Positions 58,386-64,000 of a stretch of DNA of 64,000 nucleotides are shown piece by piece. How positions within the stretch are numbered: the first letter of the stretch is position 1; each line of letters begins with the position of its first letter. A model generated the notes under the pieces. That model saw only the letters and a program-made list of their open reading frames with translations. It ran no database searches and was not told where the DNA came from. The DNA is from Squalus acanthias (taxonomy: Eukaryota): assembly GCA_030390025.1 (NCBI GenBank), contig JASTWF010000138.1:372001-436000 (forward strand). The letters are read 5' to 3'. The translations under genes were made by a program, and so were the position numbers.

Positions 58386-58607
58386 ATTCTTCCCCGCTCT
58401 GTGTAAATGTGTTCTGTGTGAGACGCAATGTGACGTCAACCGATGGAGTGCAATAATTCAACCGATGGGCCGCAGAACCATCAGAGACACAACCGTGAGA
58501 AACCCGCAGAGGATTCAATCAACATTTAGATTTGGACTATTAAAATACAATCTGTTAGTTTACAAATAACAGGGACAGGTTTACTCCCAGCACTTGTTAA
58601 AGATAAT

Positions 58608-59369
58608 GGGCCAAAAATTCGGCACTTGCCGGGTGAGTACGCGCTGTGTGCTCACCCGGGAGGGGCTCCTGAAGTGCCGGTTTCCTGCATGCACTACGCA
58701 GGCGCGGGAAAACAGAACTTCCGGTCTCGTGAAGGGACCGGTTCAGAGGTGAACCGCGTGCGCAGAAGAGGCTCCGCGCTCGCAGCGAACTTCGGTTATT
58801 TTTCAGGTTTCTCCGGGAGGGTAAGTATTGAAGAAGCTGTGCTTTTAAAAAGGAGGCGCGAGACCCGTTTTCAACAAGGTAAGTGGTTAATTAATTACAA
58901 TGTAAATTTTTTTTCAACAGGTTTATCTTTTTTAGATACTTTAAAGAAACGTAAGTTTATTTTTAGCACTGTTAAAAAGAATTTTAATTTTTTCAAAGAT
59001 TTAAATTTTTGTTTAAAGTAGTTAATTTATTTAACTTATAGTTATTTTAAAAATGTGATGTTTTTTTAAAATTTATTTGAAGTTTAGGTGTTGTTTTGGG
59101 GCCGATTTCAATTCATAGATTTGACAGGTCCTGTCAAATCATTGAATGAAAGATGGTCTGCTGCCATTGGCTCTCCATGGCCCACGTGATCCCAGGGGAC
59201 GCATCATACTAACTACGCCCCTGGGATACACAAGCACTGCGCGCAGGCAGTTGGGGGAGGCCCAGGAGCTGAAGTCCCCATGGGCCGATTGGTCAACGGC
59301 AGGCACGGTAGGTAGGTGCGCGCGGGATCCTTGCACCCGCGGGAAGCCAGGGAGCCTAATTTCTGGGCC
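58608..59369. mobile_element. MITE family A copy 3 (more divergent)
   Basis: GGGCCAAAAATT...AATTTCTGGGCC with AAT on both flanks. The core is homologous to copies 1 and 2. Confidence 0.8.
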
Positions 59370-59494
59370 AATATGTTGACTAAATATTTATAACACAAAA
59401 TGATTCCCATGCAGCAAGATTAATGTTTTCGGACATTGAGTTAGAAGCTGACTTACTACTGATGGCAACTGAGTTCATATAATTGAGATTGGTT

Positions 59495-61320
59495 CACCAC
59501 CCCTCTCTATGATGGGAGAGTGGGAGGAACAGTGGGTTCACAATTGCACTTCCCCCTCTCTCTGGTGAGCGAGTGGGAGGTGCAGTGGGATTACAATTAC
59601 CCTTTCCCCTCTCTCTGGTGGAGGACTGGGAGGCACAGTGGGTTAAAAATTGACCTTCCCCCTCTCTCTGGTGAGGGAGCGGGAGGTACAGCGGGTTAAC
59701 AATTGCCCTTTCCTCTCTCTCTGGTGGGGGAGTCGGGGTACACTGGGTTAATAATTGCCCTTTCCCCTCTCTCTGGTGGGGTAGTGGGAGGTACAGCGGG
59801 TTAACAATTGCCCTTTCCCCTCACTCTGGTGGCAGAGTGGGGGTAGAGTGGATTACCAATTGTCCTTTCCCCTCTCTCTGTTGCGGGAGTGAGAGGTACA
59901 GTGGGTTAACAATTACACTTTCCCCGCTCTCTGGTGGGGGAGTGGGAGTACAGTGGGTTAACAATTACCCTTTCGCCTCTCTCTGGTGAGGGAGTGAGAG
60001 GTACAGTGGGTTAACATTTACCCTTTCCCCTCTCCCTGGTGGGGGAGTGGGGGTACATTCGGTTAACAATTGCCCTTTCCCCTTTCCCTGGTGGGGGAGT
60101 GGAGGTAAATTCGGTTAACAATTGCTCTTTCCTCTCTCTCTGGTGGGGGAGTGGGGGTACAGTGGGTTAACAATTGCCCTTTCCCCTCTCCCTGGTGGGG
60201 GAGTGGGGGTACATTCGGTTAACAATTGCCCTTTCCCCTCTCTCTGGTGGGGGAGTGGGAGGTACAGTGTGTTAACAATTGCCCTTTCCCCTCTCTCTGG
60301 TGGGGGAGTGGGGGGTACAGTGGGTCAACAATTGCCCTTTCCCCTCTCTCTGTTGGGGGAGTGTGAGGCACAGTGGGTTAACAATTGCCCCTTCACCTCT
60401 CTCTGGTGGGAGAGTGGGAGGTACAGTGGGTTAACAAGTGCCCTTTCCACTCTCTCTGGTGGGGGAGTGGGGGTACAGTGGGTTAACAATTGCCCTTTCC
60501 CCTCTCTCTGGTGGGGGAATGGGAGGTACAGTGGGCTGACAATTGCCGTTTCCCCTCTCTCTGTTGGGGGAGTGTGAGGCACAGTGGGTTAACAATTGCC
60601 CTTTCCCCTCTCTCTGGTGGAGGAGTGGGGAGTACAGTGGGTTAACAATCGCCCTTTCCCCTCTCTCTGGTGGGGGAGTGGGGGTACAGTGGGTTAACAA
60701 TTGCCCTTTCCCCTCTCTCTGGTGGGGGAGTGGGGGTACAGTGGGTTAACAATTGCCCTTTCCCCTCTCTCTGGTGGAGGAGTGGGGGGTACAGTGGGTT
60801 AACAATCGCCCTTTCCCCTCTCTCTGGTGGGGGAGTGGGGGTACAGTGGGTTAACAATTGCCCTTTCCCCTCTCTCTGGTGGGGAAGTGGGAGGTACAGT
60901 GGGTTAACAATTGCCCTTTCCCCTCTCTCTGGTGGGGGAGTGGGAGGTACAGTGGGTAAACAATTGCCCTTTCCCCTCTCTCTGGTGGGGGAATGGGGGG
61001 TACAGTGGGTCAACAATTGCCCTTTCCACTCTCTCTGGTGCGGGAATGGGGGGACAGTGAGTTAACAATTGCCCTTTCCCCTCTCTCTGGTGGTGGAGTG
61101 GGGCTACAGTGGGTTAACAATTGCCCTTTCCTCTCTCTCTGTTGGGGGAGTGGGGGGTACAGTGGGTTAACAATTGTCCTTTCCCCTCTCTCTGCTGGGG
61201 GAGAGGGCGTTACAGTGTGTTAACTATTGCCCTTTCCCATCTCTCGGCTGGGGGAGTGGGGGTACAATGGGTTAATAATTGCCCTTTCCCCTCTCTCTGG
61301 AGGAGGAGTGGGGGTACAGT
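59495..61320. repeat. ~53-bp minisatellite (~34 copies) in the Cmu4-TM1 intron
   Basis: Unit ccctttcccctctctctggtgggggagtgggaggtacagtgggttaacaattg. Confidence 0.97.
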
Positions 61321-61708
61321 TCGTGTTCGTGTGTGGCCTCATTTCAGATCGCAGAGGTTGCGATGCTGCAAAATAAAATTGGCCCCAATTCTGAAGGGTT
61401 GGACAACACGAGAAACAGGGACACCGAGACCTAAATGTGCCGCGTTTGTTTGTCGGAAGTGGGAACTTTACAGATTCCCCCCAGCGGGAGGAAAGTTGCT
61501 GACGTGACTTTGAGGAATCCTGTCATGAAAGAGCTTTAGTCTGTCTCTAACCCGTGGTGTATCTGAGCTGGGAGCGCTGGCTGTACAAGCCTTGGGCCCG
61601 AGACCGGCAAATATCCTGATTCAGATAAACAGCCCTCCCCTTGGCCAAAATGGGAAACAAAATTAATCGAGCGGCTGTGTGTGTAACTGACGATTGGAAG
61701 AAAAGGCC

Positions 61709-61723
61709 TTTATTGGTTTTATT
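61709..61723 (-). terminator. Tandem poly(A) signals of secretory IgM
   Basis: AATAAA on the - strand at 61723-61718 and 61714-61709, 30-40 bp after the stop. Confidence 0.85.
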
Positions 61724-61751
61724 CAAGAACTGAAATGCAATCGAGAAATTC

Positions 61752-62143
61752 TCATTGACAAGAATTGACGGTGTCCATCAGAACAAGGGAAATGTTCACA
61801 AAACTGGGTTTACCGCTGGATTTATTAACCGTTCTGTTGATGATCTTCAAGGGGATCGCTTCATGTCCCACCACACAGGAGTAAGAAGCGCCGCTGGCCC
61901 ACTCCTCCGCTGCAATGGATAACAGGCTGTACATGAAGAAGGAACTGCTGCCGTTCTCCGCCATCACCTCGGTGTTCTTGTAGTTGCCGGAATTCACCGG
62001 CTTGTCATTGACGGTCCACTTGACGAAGATCTCTCGTGGGGAGAAACCTCTCACTAAGCAGGTGAGGCTGACGAACCACTGAGCGGAGACTCCTTCTGCC
62101 GGGGGCAGGAGGACAGACACGGACGGTTCCCGCGGATCTTCAA
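61752..62143 (-). CDS. IGHM: IgM heavy chain Cmu4 plus secretory tailpiece exon
   Basis: Acceptor ttctgcAG, then (V)[14 protein letters not shown]...[17 protein letters not shown]...[25 protein letters not shown]...[23 protein letters not shown]. It has the tailpiece NIS glycan site and penultimate Cys. The internal donor AGCG|GTAAAC at 61813 serves the membrane form. Confidence 0.96.
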
Positions 62144-62661
62144 CTGCAGAACAATTACAATAAAGGTCAATAAACTGGAGAATTCCAGAGACAATGAAAC
62201 CGGCGGTTAGATGTGAGAGAAATGTGCTTTGCGCTGAATTTTAAAGGACTCCCTTTTCCCCTCTGTGTCCTGTCCGGTTTTCCAGCCCGGAGCAGAGGGA
62301 GATAGAATCCTTCTTTCTGGGAGCTTGAAGAGTTGGAATGGAAAATTACATGGAATTCACATCATAGAAACAGACCATTCGGCCCAACTGGTCAATGCCG
62401 CTGTTTATGCTCCACACGAGACTCCTCCCACCTTACTTCATCTAACCCTAATAACATATCCTTCTATTCCTTTTTTCCTCATTGACTTATCCAGCTTCCC
62501 TTTAAATGCATCATCTCGGGTCCCAGAGGTTTTAATTAGTGGAATTACCCATTGAATTATCAGAGCAGTCCATTAAAACACTGAATAGAACGAATTGGGC
62601 CGTGAACAAGCACCAGAAATAGTCACAGAGTCTCACTCATTGCTACAATCTCACCGCTCAC

Positions 62662-62970
62662 CTTTTTCCTTGTGGATGGAATCTCTTATAGGAGTCGCCA
62701 TATCCTGATGGCTCACCACGCAGTAGAACTCATCCCCACTCAACCAGGCTTGTGTCGAGATGTTTAAGTTGCTGATCACACTGTTGGGAGCCTCTCCGGG
62801 TTGGACGGCAATCTCTGATTTCAAAGTCTCCTTTTCTCGGGTCCAGGACACGTTGACTCCATAAGGAGCATTAGACACGACGCAGGTTAAGGTCACCGTC
62901 GCCTCCAGTAAGACCTGTTCCAGTGACGGTTGCGGAAGAGTGATTTCTGGATCGCTGCATGAGGAACCAT
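62662..62970 (-). CDS. IGHM: IgM heavy chain Cmu3 exon
   Basis: Phase 1-1, 309 nt: (D)[42 protein letters not shown]...[19 protein letters not shown]...IHKEK, donor G|GTGAG. Upstream exons lie beyond the window. Confidence 0.95.
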
Positions 62971-63669
62971 CTGTGAACAGAAATGAAAGTCAAGCAAAGC
63001 TTCATCTTCAGAATCAGGACACCAGTATTCAGCCTTCACTCTCTCAGGGAGAATAAATCACCTTTGAGATATTAACCTCTCGCTGTTGCATAAACACCAT
63101 CGTTATTCGAAGGACAAAGAATTGACAACCATTCCTGGAGGCTCTTTAACATTTCCTGTGTATTTGCTTCCATAGCCTCCTGTAATGGGCTGTGAAGCAA
63201 ATAACCGGCGTAAAAACATTGAATAAATTCGGCCGCAATTTTATTAGGCAGTAAATAGCGCTCTTCCTGAAATCCCTTGCTCCTTTACGCCCGTCTATAG
63301 ATCCTTGTGCCCGAACGCATTCCCGATCATTATAATGGCTCCGCCCCCAGGGTCAAGAGCTCTACACGAAACTTACACTGGTTCAAACCGAGTGTCAAAT
63401 GAAATCCAGAATTTTAGGTGCAACAGGAAACAAAATTAATTTTCTGGTATCTTGTTGCGATTTTGGGGGCGATGAAAATGTGCAGGAATCAGTTGCAGCC
63501 CCGCCAGAGGAAAAGTGAAAGGTCGGGTGTTGGAATTCCAAGGGGTCCTTTGTGGTGGAGAATAATGTGTAATGCCGATGTGAAGTAGTTTGTTCATTTC
63601 TGTCATTAGTAAGCATTTAACATGTCTGGTGAGAGAGTCAGAAGGAAATATGACCTCAGGGCAGTAATA

Positions 63670-64000
63670 GCAACATGGGAACAGGAGTAGGCCCTTCAGC
63701 CCATCCAGTCTGTTCCGCCATTCAATTAGATCACGGTTGATCTACACCTCAACACCATCTACCCGCCTTGTTTCTGTAACCCTTGATACCTTTGCCTACC
63801 AAAGATCTATCAATCTCAGTTTTGAAATTTTCAATTGACTCCCAGCCTCAACAGCATTTGGCGGTGAGAGAGTTCCAGATTTCGACTGTCCTTTGTGTGA
63901 AGAAGTGTTTCCTGACATCACCCCTGAACGGCTCAGTTCTAATTTTAAGGTTATGCCCCTTGTTCTGGACTCCCGCACCAGAGGAAATAGTTTCTCTCTA
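63670..64000 (-). mobile_element. CR1 3' end in the Cmu2-Cmu3 intron
   Basis: ESRTRG...gtcaggaaacacttcttcacacaaagg...tgaatggcggaacag. Confidence 0.8.

Noticed and set aside
33110-61320. Tandem arrays as CRISPR
   Set aside because: The units are head-to-tail with no unique spacers, there are no cas genes, and the DNA is eukaryotic.
61752-62970. IgW or IgNAR identity for the constant exons
   Set aside because: The tailpiece [20 protein letters not shown] and the Cmu3/Cmu4 motifs ([29 protein letters not shown]) match what I recall of shark IgM. BLASTp would confirm.

Overview
This is vertebrate genomic DNA, almost certainly from a cartilaginous fish (shark-type IgM tailpiece, shark-type CR1/L2/RTE/Penelope/DeuSINE repeats). 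The window is part of a T-cell receptor alpha/delta V array. Four + strand V genes each have a leader exon, a V exon and a 23-bp-spacer RSS (about 3.1-4.1, 12.3-12.8, 20.1-21.3 and 48.4-48.9 kb). Two decayed V-like exons that the ORF track misses also lie on the + strand: a NAR/VNAR-like exon at 23.05-23.3 kb and a Vdelta-like relic at about 26.9-27.1 kb, which together may be a fossil NAR-TCR cassette. On the - strand, tail-to-tail with the last TCR V, is the 3' half of an apparently intact IgM heavy-chain gene: Cmu3, Cmu4 plus secretory tailpiece, TM1 and TM2. Its TM1-TM2 intron is almost entirely a sense-oriented RTE LINE. An intact two-exon GPR139-like rhodopsin-class GPCR is nested antisense among the V genes. 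The rest is nested TEs (CR1, L2, RTE, Penelope, a solo LTR, Harbinger relics and MITEs, hammerhead-ribozyme mini-elements), five large minisatellites and one 269-bp assembly gap. No D, J or TCR constant exons were recognised. Repeat boundaries and copy numbers were estimated by eye.
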